A stretch of 64,000 nucleotides of DNA, from positions 18,414,001 through 18,478,000 of the forward strand of contig OZ024748.1 of assembly GCA_964016885.1 (NCBI GenBank), in the 5' to 3' direction. Of this stretch, positions 12,901-26,104 are shown piece by piece (the first letter of the stretch is position 1; the number at the start of each line of letters is the position of its first letter). Made by a program: the position numbers and the translations under genes. The stretch comes from Eledone cirrhosa (Eukaryota). The notes below the pieces were generated by a model. It searched no databases. It saw only the letters and a program-made list of their open reading frames with translations, and had not been told where the DNA came from.

Positions 12901-13775
12901 AAAGTAATAGTTTGAGTAAATTCCTCAAAATTCTTCATTAATTAAATGAAAAACTGTCACAAAAGGGTTAAAGGTTCATTCTACACCAATCCTAAATAAT
13001 TTCATGTGTAAACTAGTTAATCAACAACATTTTCAGGACAACTTGTATGTTTTAAAGTGTTTATATTTAACCCCTTTGATCCCAAAACCAACTGAAACAG
13101 GACCTGGTTCTATCATACAATACTGTTCATTTTAAATGGTAATATATTTATCTAAAAACCTTCCATAATAATTTTATAGAAGTACCTTTGTTAAGTTATG
13201 CTCTGAATACTACTTATATGAGAAGTTTATATTACTAAATCACTATAAATTTTTGATAATTTTCAAAATTACTTGAAAATCATAGGCCCTGGTAATGAAA
13301 GAGATTGAAACCTTTTGTTCCAAACACTAGATAAAGACATTTGTTATTCTATTACCTCCACCACATCATCATTTTCCACGCTGGCATGGTTTCTATGGCT
13401 GGATGCCTTTTAATGGCAACCACTTTACAGTGTGTACTGTGTGTATTTTATCGGGATACCAGTGCTATGACACTTCATTAATCTAAACATTAATTGAAAG
13501 ACACAGTATTTTGTAAGATAATATTGGTAAGGAAAGGGTTAAAAAATTACACAAAAAGTTACACTAGCTACAAGAGACTAGCAGAACTTACCCCTTATCG
13601 CTATGTTGTATGTTGAAATCACATTACCATCAATAATACCATTGACTATACATACTGTATAAGTACACTACACACTACTTAGTGTAAGTACACACTAATC
13701 AAATTTTTATGCTGCTTAAAACTCTCATAACTCACCTTCAGAGCCTAACACTCTACAGGCATCTTGTATTCTTTA

Positions 13776-13814
<39 letters not shown>

Positions 13815-16800
13815 CTATATCTATATACACACACACACATATGAGGGTTGACTGAAAAGTTCATAGGCTATATACGAGTGATGCTAGAGCTGTGAAATCT
13901 TGCATGCCCCAATTTCCAACCTTCTTATAAATAACAGCATTGTTTCTTTCCAGGGACTAATGAACATCATTTGGTCATTCCATGAGTATCTTGGTCAGCA
14001 TTTGAACTTTTCAGCCGACCCTCGTATTATATTATGATTTTCTGCCATACAATTAAGCTCCAAAAGGACAACAATTTAGGGGAAAGTCGATAAATTAACC
14101 CCAGTATTTGACTGGAATTTAATTTTATTGAGCCAGGAAGGATGAAAAGCAAAGTTGAACATGTTGAGATTTGGACTCTGAAAATAAAGAGCCCGAACAA
14201 ATAACGCAATGGCATTTTTTATCCGACGCTCTACCAATCCACTACTAATAATAATAACTAACTTACAATATTTCCAGGTTTTACAAGGCGGAGGGCAGCT
14301 TCACTGGCCAAGTGGGCGGCAAGACAAACATCTGCTTTTCGGCCCTTCACTTTGTTTTCCTTAAAAGAAAAAGATTTTAAACAAAATGATAACATTGAAA
14401 TCCTTTGATAACTTACACATTAGCATTACTCTATATTTAATATTGTATTTTTGCAGTAAAGGCTTTATCTCACATAATATTGAATCTATGAGATTTTAAG
14501 AACAATACCTTAACATCAGTATGAGTGGCCAGTTAAGGCTGGTTTGAACAGAAAATGATGAGAGAATTCTGACCGGATATGGCCAGTTTAAATGCTAAAT
14601 AAAGGGTTTCTATTTAAATTTTAATTTCGCCCCCAAATTTTTTTTATTAAATACATCTAAATTCTTTATTTACAGTATATGTCATTAGAATATGGTCACA
14701 GAAGGGTTATAAAATAAGTACTGAGGGTGCATATGACAAACTATAAAAAAAAAAAATGCTCCAGCATAGCCCCAGCCCAACGATGGAACCCACCTCATCC
14801 TAAAAGTAAGATTTTAACAGGAATGATTGTTTAATTGTTAATTATGACAAATGAAGGTGTGTGGCCTAGTAGCTAGGGTGTTGGACTCACAATAAGCTTG
14901 TGGGTTTGGTTCATGAACTGAGCAATATGTTGTTTTTTTTTAGCAACACACTTCACTGTTACATTACTTTTCTGATAGGACTGGGCCTCTATTAAAACAT
15001 CTGAGAAAGCTCCTATGAGATTCAGCTAAACCTGTATATGTGTGAGCTGTAACAACATACAAGTCTGTGTGTGTTTAGGGACTGGGACCCCTATCATTAT
15101 AACACCCAGATGTTCTTCCTGTTACCAACATTGTCACCTCTAAACACAGGGATTACCATGTATTTCTTCTAAACCAAATTACAAACAGAGAATATGGCTA
15201 CATGCATGCCCTCATGCGCTGCAAGCAGTGCATTGAGCTGGTGCTTATTCCAGTTTCATGGCACGAAGCAACCAAGAGGCTCAACCCGGACAGGACGCCT
15301 GACCATCGCAGTGTTAAACCCCCACCAGGAATCAAACCCACGACATTACAATGGAAGTCCAACACCCTTACCATGTGCCTTCATAGAGAATATGACTACA
15401 AGCATGTATTACAAGCCATTCATAACCAACACTATAATGGTATATTAGTTATTTTAGCTATTGACACCAAGAACAACTCAAAATGGAAACAACCTGTTTC
15501 TATACAACTATTAGTCAAATAAGTTCACTCTGATATCAAACTGCCTGAATCTGTAACTTTTAATGTGATGTAGTCATAGAGATGTTTTGTGCAAAGTCTT
15601 GTTAATGTAGTTTGTCAATTCAAATGTTTATAACATTGTTACCAGTGAACAGATACTTGTGAAAATTTGCAATATTAGAGCAAAGATTAATTTTTGATGT
15701 GATTCACCCATAGCAATGTTTTGTACTTTCCAACAATGTCATGCTAATGTGGTTTCATGTTGTACAGGACACTAACAGTTAAGAGCATGAATACCATTGT
15801 AACACACAACAATAACAGCAATAAAACATGTTACTTACAACAGAAGATCCAATAACCAGAGTATGTGCAACCACTGCAATGAAACCATCAACGTGGGCAC
15901 CTAAGTCACTGTAAGAGAAAAACAGAAAATAATAAACTTTAAAAAATTACACCCATTCACTACTTCACAGGTTGTGTTGGTGACATGATGAAAATATTCC
16001 AGTCCACTCTGTAAGGTGCCGTGTTGGAGACAACAAATAAGCACCCAGTAAAATGGTTGTGTTGAAGACTACAAATAAGCATCCATCCTACTCTGTAAGG
16101 TGCCACAACAAAAAGCATCCAATGACATGAAAAAGTACCCAGTCCAGCTTGTCAATTAGTCACTTTGGTGCCACGATAAAAAGCACTCAGCTGAGGAAAT
16201 CAAACTAGAAACAGTTCTGTATGGGCAAGACAGTCACTTGACCTGACTTCTCTCACAATGGGACAACTTGTCTAACCCATACAAGTGTGGAAAATGGATG
16301 TTAAATGATGACTGTCTTTCCTTAATACTTAATAACATCAGAATGCTTTTCCGGATTTATTCTGGTTTTGTCTTTCATTCTTCCAAGATCAATAAATAAA
16401 GTACCAATCCTATACTGGGGTCCATTCTTCCTCTATATCCCCACTTTCCTCCATCTCCTTCTCTGGGAGAAAGGATGGATTCTGCCAGGTTTAAATTGCC
16501 AAAAAACATTTCAACATTAAAGTACCCCTAATGTTTCCTGTCCCCAAAAACCACCTTTAATGTGTGTCCCATCACAGTAACACCCCAGTAATATTAAACC
16601 ACCCTTAATGTGTCCCATCACAGTAGCACCCCAGTAAATATTAAACCACCCTTAATGTGTCCCATCACAGTAACACCCCAATAATATTAAACCACACTTA
16701 ATGTGTCCCTTCACAATAACACACACCCCAGTCATATCAAACCACTCCCAGTGTGTCCCTCATTAGTCACACGCCAGCTACATTCAACCACCCTTAGTAC

Positions 16801-19800
16801 CCCCACACCCCGTGAGAGCCAGTTTATAAAGAGTACTTACATTTTAACAACATCTCCATCTTTCAATAATATTTCAGACTCACTTTCCAAAGGTGAGAAA
16901 TGACAGACACAGTTGTTGACAGATATGCAGGTAGGAAAGGCCAAACCTGGAAAATTAAACAGAATTTGGTTTTAGAGTGAAATGTAAAAATATTCATCAC
17001 TATTGTTTATTATGTCCACTTTTCCATTCTGGCTTAGGCAGGACCACACTTTGATGAGGCAGTTTTTTTTCAGTCAGAAATTCTTTCTTATACTAACCCA
17101 TGCTTTATATTTCACTATGACATAATATACTGCTGACTTCCACCAAACTATCATACATTGGTTACTTAATGGCAGTGCAACAGTAGTCCCACCACCAACG
17201 ACCAGTACTTGGGTACTTACAGTGGTGTAGTGAGTGCATCAAAACCACCCTCAACCACTAATGGTATGCTTGGGTTATTTCATCAATCACCATCTGTTGG
17301 ATAACTACAAGAGACACACCTGTGTATCAATATCTATTGGGTCACAGATATTTTCACAAATACAAAAAGACCAATCCAACAATTGTATAAACAACCAAAA
17401 AGTTCCCTATTGATTAACCTTTTTGTAATCAAAACACCTGTGGTTGTGTGTCACCAAAGTGTACGATAAATAAAAACATTGGCATAAACTATTTTTTACT
17501 AAGTGATAAAAGTTATTTCACTGGGTAAACAATTATATATAGCATCAAATGTTGGTGATTTTGTAATTCTCCCTTTGGCCATATTTCTAATGAAATCTAT
17601 TCAAAACTGTGTTTTAACCCTTTAGCATTTAAACTGGTCGTATCCGGCCAGAATTCTCTCACCTCTTTCTGTTCAAATTGGCCATAACTTGTTACTCATA
17701 CTGATGTTAAGGTATTGTTCTCAAAATATATATCAAAATCTCATAGATTTGATATTATGTGCGATAAAGCCTTTACTGCAAAAATAAAATAGTAAATATA
17801 GAGTAATGTAAATGCTAAAGGGTTAAACTTCCCACCATAGTTTTATATAAGAACTCTATCTTGATATTGAGAAATCTAGTTATATTTTCTAAATACCTTC
17901 ATATTCATTATTTTAAAAATTATTTGCAAATTATAGGCAGTGTATTTCATCAGAAATATGGTAATGAGTGTATCATATCGACTTCAGTATATATTTTTCA
18001 AAGGGTGGCACTTCAGACAGAAACATAAGCATGCACACACATTATTACAGGCTTCTAGTTTCTGCCAAATTCCACCCACAATGTATTGTATCAGTTGACC
18101 CTAAGCTATAGTAGAATACATTGAATCCAAAATAATGTGGATGCCAAGCAATCATTGATAATGGATTATATATACATATACTTTTTTCGTATCCCAGCCG
18201 ACTGACTAAGGTCATGCTGGGACACCACCATATAATATATTTATAGGAAAATGGGAAAATTTGGTGTAAGAAACTGTTAAAACAGTAAAATGCCACCAAT
18301 GCTTCGAGCCAACTCACTTCTAGCTGCTGATTTATATCCTCGACAACATTTTCCTGTTTTAACACCTTCCCGACACCAAGTTTTCCCATTTTCCCACAAA
18401 TTCTAATACACTTGTCTCTCAAAACTCGATGTTTTCAAAATTCCTTACCTTTTTTCATTTCTTTATCTTTCTTGAATACTTTGGAGGTTTCTTCCAGCAA
18501 TAATTCATCTCCAAATTTACAGATTTGGATGACAGATTTGCCAGCTTTACACTCTTTGATAACATCTTTGAGGATACCTGCACAGGAAAATGAAAAGAGA
18601 ATGAAATACATCTACACACCTATCTCAGGTAGTTTATCAGATGTTTTAATTATAGATCTCAGTCCAACCATGATAAATAATGTGAAATGAAGAGTCTTGC
18701 TCAAGAACACAATCCTATTAGCCCACATGCCTTTACACATAGGAAAATATAATAATGAGGTTAAGTTCAGGTAGAAAATTGATGAGAAAAGATCTCGCTA
18801 ATCATACAAGTTCTTATAAACATGTATTTTGGGACGGTCATTTTGCCAGTTAAAAATACATGCACTGGTTGTAACCATCATTGTTTTATATTGGCATGGG
18901 TTGAACCTAGCTTGTGTTTCATTTTGACTTAGTTCTTATGGCAAATCATTTTAGAGCAACTGGGTGTATTTTATTGTTACCAGCACTACTAGATCATAGC
19001 AACGACAGTGTATTTTATTGAGGGAACAGCATTACTACTATATCCAGCGCATGTGTTTTTCACTGGGAAAACGACCCTTCCAAAATACATTATTAGTTAC
19101 AATATAAATAAATCTAGTAAAATAAAACACTCGGTGGAATAGTGCCTCCTAAATATACAAAACATTTGGATACATCATCATGAAATATAAAGAAACAAAA
19201 TTGAATGTAATGTGTGCATGTGTGTTTTAAATGGCTACCATGAGTCTTCCATATTAGTTAAAGTCTATTCTAAACTGAAGGCTCGTCAGGCTGGTACTTA
19301 TCCCTGGTTTCCTTGGTGTTAAGCGACAGAATACAAAATACTCTCTAGATAGGACGCCAGTCTATTGCAGAATTCCCCAGTTACTGCTGGTAATCACTCA
19401 GCTGAGTATACTGGAGCAACGTAAAATAAAGAATATTGCTCAAGAACAACACAGCAGCCTGTCCAGGAATCGAACTGTTGACATTATAATTGCATGTCAA
19501 GTATCCTAACTATTAAGCCATGATGTATTTCTTTCAATTACAACAGTCCCAGGATCAAGACAACCACCAAACAAGTACAATTCCAAAATCCAGTGTGTGA
19601 CCATCACATATTGACAATACAGAGAAGCGTGGATTCTTTAGTCTTGTGAAGGATGTGATAACTTTAGTGCTGGGTGGCATGAGAAAATGTACCTGGTATA
19701 TGCTGCCAAGTGGTTGACGTTAGAAAGGAAATTCAGTCAGTCTGAGCCATTGAGGAGAGCAGAAACTCCAAATAAGAACTAACCCTAAACTGTATCAATA

Positions 19801-22800
19801 AAACCAACACATGCCAGTATAGAAAACAAAAGTAAAATAACTAGTGGACCAGTGCTGTCAAGTAATAACGATGAATATATTTAAATTTTGGAGTCTAGAA
19901 TTGATGTGCCACATATACCAAGATAACTAGATATATGAACATTTAAACAAACTGGCAAATTTGTGCCTTAACACTTTAATGTTCAAACCGGTCAAAACTC
20001 TCTACCTTTTTCTGTTGAAACTGGTCACTCAAACTGATGTTAAGGTATTGTTCTCAAAATAAATACTTTCAAAATCTCAGATTCGATATTATGTGAGATA
20101 AAGCATGTGAATACTAAAGGGTTAATAAACTAATGGTTAGCATAAGAGAAACCCTATAGTTTATGTTGGCACAAGTGTTTAAAAATGATATTAAATTTTT
20201 TTTATTTCTAGGATATATTACATAAATGTTCATCATCGTTTAACGTCTATCTTCCTCACTAGCATGGGTTAGACGTCAGCCTGTATGTACAAATGACACA
20301 CAAGATAAAATTGGAGAAATAACTATTTACGGGGAGGACAAATGGATGGTTTAGAACCCAGGACCTTGTGATTGTAAAGTGAACTTACTATTGCAGCAAC
20401 ATAACTGAGATAGGAAATGCACTGTGTGTTTGTGTGCATGTAAATTATAAAGAGTTACAGATGGATATACCTGTCTATCTCTCTCTCTCCAGCTATCCTA
20501 TATATATATCAGATTGGAGGTGGTAAAAACTAGTTAGACCATTACTCACCAGAGTACTCAATACTTGGGGTAGTAGAATGAGTAATATGAAAAAATTCAA
20601 GACACCAATGGCTGAGATCCAACTGTTTCAACAGCTAGATCCGAACTAAAGCGATATCTATATCTATCTATCTATCTATAAATAAATACAAACACACATG
20701 GTGTATTACTATAGTTGATGATCACAACCATTCCACAGAACACAGTCCTACTAACCAATATTTCTCTATAATATAACAGCAGCTATAATTCTATGTAAAC
20801 ATTTAAAACTATATCTCCATTACCTAACATAGTACAGATCTGGTTTTATCAACTGATTTTGCCCTGGGAAAATTTTTTTCAGAATCACATGTTTGTTGTC
20901 AACTTCAGACAAGCTAATAGTTAATCATATTTCATTTCTGAATTTAACCCCTAAACATTGGTTGTTTAATTCTAGAATCAAATACTTTTTAGACAGGTTA
21001 GACAAGTTGCCCTGTTGTGGGCAATGCTAGGTCAGGTGATCATGCCTTGCTTATACAGAACTGATTTTGGCTTGGTTTTTACAACTGAATGACGTTCTTA
21101 ACACCAACCTCATTTACAGTGAGTACTGGGTAATTTTTGTTGTGACACCTACATGACCACTTTACAGTGGGAGGTTGGGGGTATATATACACACACATCA
21201 TCATCATCTTTAACAGGAAAGATTGGACATGTCACCCGACTAGTCAGCTCTCAAGCGGAGCCCTTTCTGAACTTCAGGTGGTCCAAGGGGCCTGATATGA
21301 GCCTCCGATGCTCTACTGAATGAATTTGTTTTGGTAAGTTTTCTATGGCTGGTTTATTTATCTCCCTTCTTCTCTGAGCTCATCTGTGGTTACATGTGTC
21401 CATTTTAAGTTAACAGATATCCAAAAGAACATGCTTGCCTCATTTCTTTCCAGTCAGGTTTTAATTATTTCAATTAAATGTAAAATCACACACTTTCTAA
21501 CCAGTTTGACCAGACTTCTAGCAAAATGGTGCCATTGTTCTTAGGACAATAGGTATTCTCACAAGATGTAATTGACCAGATACTGAGGAATGAGTTAGTT
21601 GCTTGGTCAGTGATAATTCAGTCCCAATGGAACCTTTATTTATATGCTACATTGTGGAGGCATATAGCCTGGTGGTAAGAGTGTTGGACTTGTAATCATA
21701 ATGTTGTGGGTTTGATTCCTGGACTATGTTGTATGATGTGTTCTTGAGCAAAACACTTCATTTCATATTGCTCCAGTATATCCAGCAGTAGCTGGGGGAG
21801 GGGGGGCTAACCCAGTGATGGGCTGGTGTCCTGTACTCATAAACACAATGATTTTATATTGATACTTCATTCTTGCTCCTTATTAATATATATATACAGA
21901 ATGTCCCCCAAAAATGTATACACACTTTGATTACCTGTACAGGCAATATTTATTAGAATGCTGAAGTGTGAATACATTTTTAGGGACACCCTGTGTGTAT
22001 ATATACATACACACACACACATTACTATGGTCTGGGAAATGTGATATTTTAACTAACATTAAAGTATCTCAAATCTATTTCTAAAGAGTCATTATTATGT
22101 CTTCTATTTCAGTGAGAAGGTTGTCAACTCCACCATCATCGTCATAGTCCAAGCCAGTCCCCACTTCTATGTTACTGCCCACAGATAGGATGTGAAGGAT
22201 CACACCGTAATGCAGTGTTCCCATCCACACTGACATAATTTGGATGGTTATTATTGTCCAAACCAACCCCCAGTTCTATGTTACTGCCCACACCCTAATT
22301 GTATTCAACCTTTTCTTTCTAATGAAATACTGTATTTGAATATTTTTAATGAAGGATTTGGAGTGATTTATTATTAGTTCTAAAATATAAAATTAATATA
22401 TTAATACAGTGGTTTGTGTTAGGTAACTTCAAGGTTTATATCAAATTATGCTGGAAGATTTAATTTAAATAGGAACCCTTTAAAATCAGTGGTATTGGAC
22501 AAGTTGATATCAAATGGGTTAAAATATCAATAGTTTCACAGAATATGACTTTGGTGAACCAATTGGTCTGAGATCATAAATGTATGGCTTTGATGCAGTC
22601 GGCTTCTCATTCCAATATGGTAAGCTCCTTACCTGGGATCAGAACTGCAGCTATATTATATTTACTGGCACCCCAGTGAAGCTGGCACCCCAGTGAAGCT
22701 GTCACACAACTGAAGATTCCAAGCTGACAAAATACTGGCAACTCTGATAGATTTCAATGGAAACATCTGGCAACTTGGTACCCCAAACCATCTCCCTACT

Positions 22801-24884
22801 AGCTGCAATTAGGATGGAGATGGCCATCTGGGAGAATGACCATTTAGAGCAACATATTTCTCATTCTGTCTGCTGGGAACATGATTAAAATTGTACTACT
22901 ATATTTTAGCATTAATTTGCAGTTCAAATACCTCCCCTCTAAATCGACCCAGACAGAACAGATACCTGCGTATTTATTGTCCTAGGCTAGCTTGCTAACT
23001 CTACAATGTGCACCACTTCCTCCAATAGGTACACTAAATCCCTGCATGTTGTAAAAAAGGACTAAAACGGGTGTCAGGAAGGATATTCGGCTGTAAAACA
23101 TTGCTTAAAATTTCCACCCAACCCATGCCAGCATGGAAAGTTTCATGATGATAATGAGTTTAGTAAGCCAGTGAATCTGACACTAAGAAAATTACCAAGC
23201 CTGCATTTTTCACTATACAGCCTACCCTCATCCATGCAAAATTGTGACAGGTCATAACAGCATATGGCCTTTCAATTAAAGAGCATTCACAGTTTTTATC
23301 TGCCCATTTTCACTCACAAGTCTTAGGGTTGACACAAAGCTGTGGTAAAACATTTACCCTAGATGCCATGCATTGGGATTGAACCTAGGTCATTGTGGTT
23401 ATGAAGTGAACATAAACAAACATCATACAAACACTTCTACAACAATCCCTATATTTATATATATATACACCCACACAAACATATATATATATAAGCTGCA
23501 ATTAGTGGTGGTACATGCCTGTAAAACTCTTTAAACATTATGTCAGCGCCCATACAACAATTACAACACACACACATATCATCGTTTAACATCCATTTTT
23601 CCACACTAACATGTGTTACATGAATTGTTCCACTGTGAGGCAAGTCAGATCAGATGACTGTCTTGTTTATATATATATATGTATATATATATATACACAT
23701 ACATATGGTGATATACAATTGGCTGAATATTTCTACTAAACAACCTGAAGTTAAGGTAAAGACACAACACTGGGATTGAACATGGGACCTTACGATTGAA
23801 AAGTGAGCTACTTAAACGTTTACACATAAATAGCAAGCTACAATTAGTGACGGTATATCCCTATATATTTCTACTAGTTATGGTGACCTCAAAGACGTTG
23901 CTATGATGATATCAGACGCCACCCAGTCTACTAACATCACTGGTACAGTATAGAGTTAACTAGTTGACTTTATTTACACTGTTATGTAGTTAGACTGGCC
24001 AGTTAATTAAGTACAAGAGTATCAGCAGAGACCAGACTAAACACAATAGTTATCTATTGAAATAGAATTTTTTTTAAAATGTAAACACCACCTAGGAGTC
24101 ACTTTACATGCTCTGCTCATATATATATATATATATACACACACATTTATAATAGAAATGACTTCTATAGGTCTAAAATGAAAGTCCTAGTCCTGTATAA
24201 TAAAATGAATACACTCTACTAACGCATTGAATACCTTTTTTGAGAGTACTGGCCTCCCGATTCACATCGGAATCCTACACACACAATTATATATATATAT
24301 ATATATAAGCAAGGGTTGGACATACAAATATACACATACATACAACATACACACGAGCTGACGAGGGAAACCCACAACTAAAGAGCTATCAATGGAATGG
24401 AATAAAATAAAATATATCTCGTCCGATTTACCGGGTTCATTGTGTATACACACGTAAGACTTTCCTCTTCGGCTCACGTGTTATATAATATATATACACA
24501 CACACACACACATATATATATATCTTCGCTTAGCATCCGCATGAATGGGGCATGCGAAATTAATTTGATGAAACGGACGAGATGCTTTCACATTTTCTAC
24601 ATACGATATCTAGTGTCAAGAATTCCCAAAACTGAAATACTTTATAAATACATGTAGTATGTATATATATATATATATAGAGAGAGAGAAACAGAGAAGG
24701 GCAAAGATCTGTGATTACAAAGTGTGTGCTGTTAATAGCATTATTGTGTAACTCTGCCCCGACAGTGATGAAGATGTGAAGTATCACTCCCATCGCCCTT
24801 CCTATCAACAGTAGGAAAAGTTGGTAAAACAACAATATGATTAAGATATTTGGCCGACCCAAGGGGATTTAATCTATGAGTGAA

Positions 24885-24930
<46 letters not shown>

Positions 24931-25139
24931 GTTTAAAGAATGCACGTAGTAGATATATTTTCTTTTATTATTGATCTCGGTCATTAGACTGTGGCCATGC
25001 CGGGACATCTTGAAGGTATTTAGTCGATCATATCAACATGCAATACTTTTTGTTTTTATTTTAATAAGCCTGGTACTTATTTTATCGATCGGTTTTTCTC
25101 GAACCTCTACCCCAGACACAAAGGTTAACACACACACAC

Positions 25140-25197
<58 letters not shown>

Positions 25198-26053
25198 GAT
25201 GGGCTTCTGCCTAATAAAGATGTTTTTGTTGTGGAAATAACGAAGACGAGCTATTGTTTAACAATGAAATAAATAAATAAATATATATATATATATATAT
25301 ATTGTATATATATATATAGAGAGAGAGAGCTATATTATACAGAGTGAAAGACTGCACGTGGAGTATCGAAAAACACTAATGGCAGATACTAAGCACAATT
25401 ACACCTATATATACATATATTTACACACACACATATATTATATATGAAATGTATGTATATTATATATATGTATGTGTGAGAGAGAGAACAGTAAGAGAAA
25501 AATTGTGTAGTTTATACGAAGTAAGAAGGTGCTCATTATTGCACCACATGGCCTAATTGTATTTACCGTAGCATGTCAAGGTAGACCAACATATAATATA
25601 TATACTTCTATTGTCCAGCCGGCGGCGGAATAGCCCCAGGGAACCCTCTATAACTCCCTTACTTTCTCAATATACAAAAAAAAAAACAGGAGTTGAAAGA
25701 AAAAAGTGAAGATTTCCTTTTCTCTCTCTCTCTCTCGTACACATATGTCTATATATATATTTCCACGTTAAAACTATAGTATGGAGTATAATTATCGAGA
25801 TGAACAATCTAATACCACACATACATTATATATATATATATACATATATAATAGGTGGTTCAGCAGATTTGAGGTTTTATATATATGTGTGTGTATATAT
25901 ATATATAGGCATACGTTGTATGCCATATATATATATATATAAAAACGTATAAAAGTGATTGAAAAATTACTCAGATCCCACCACCAACAGATTGGAGGGG
26001 GTGTAATGGGTTTTTAAAAACAAGTTTGAGTTTTTAATTCCAATGTTTATACA

Positions 26054-26104
<51 letters not shown>

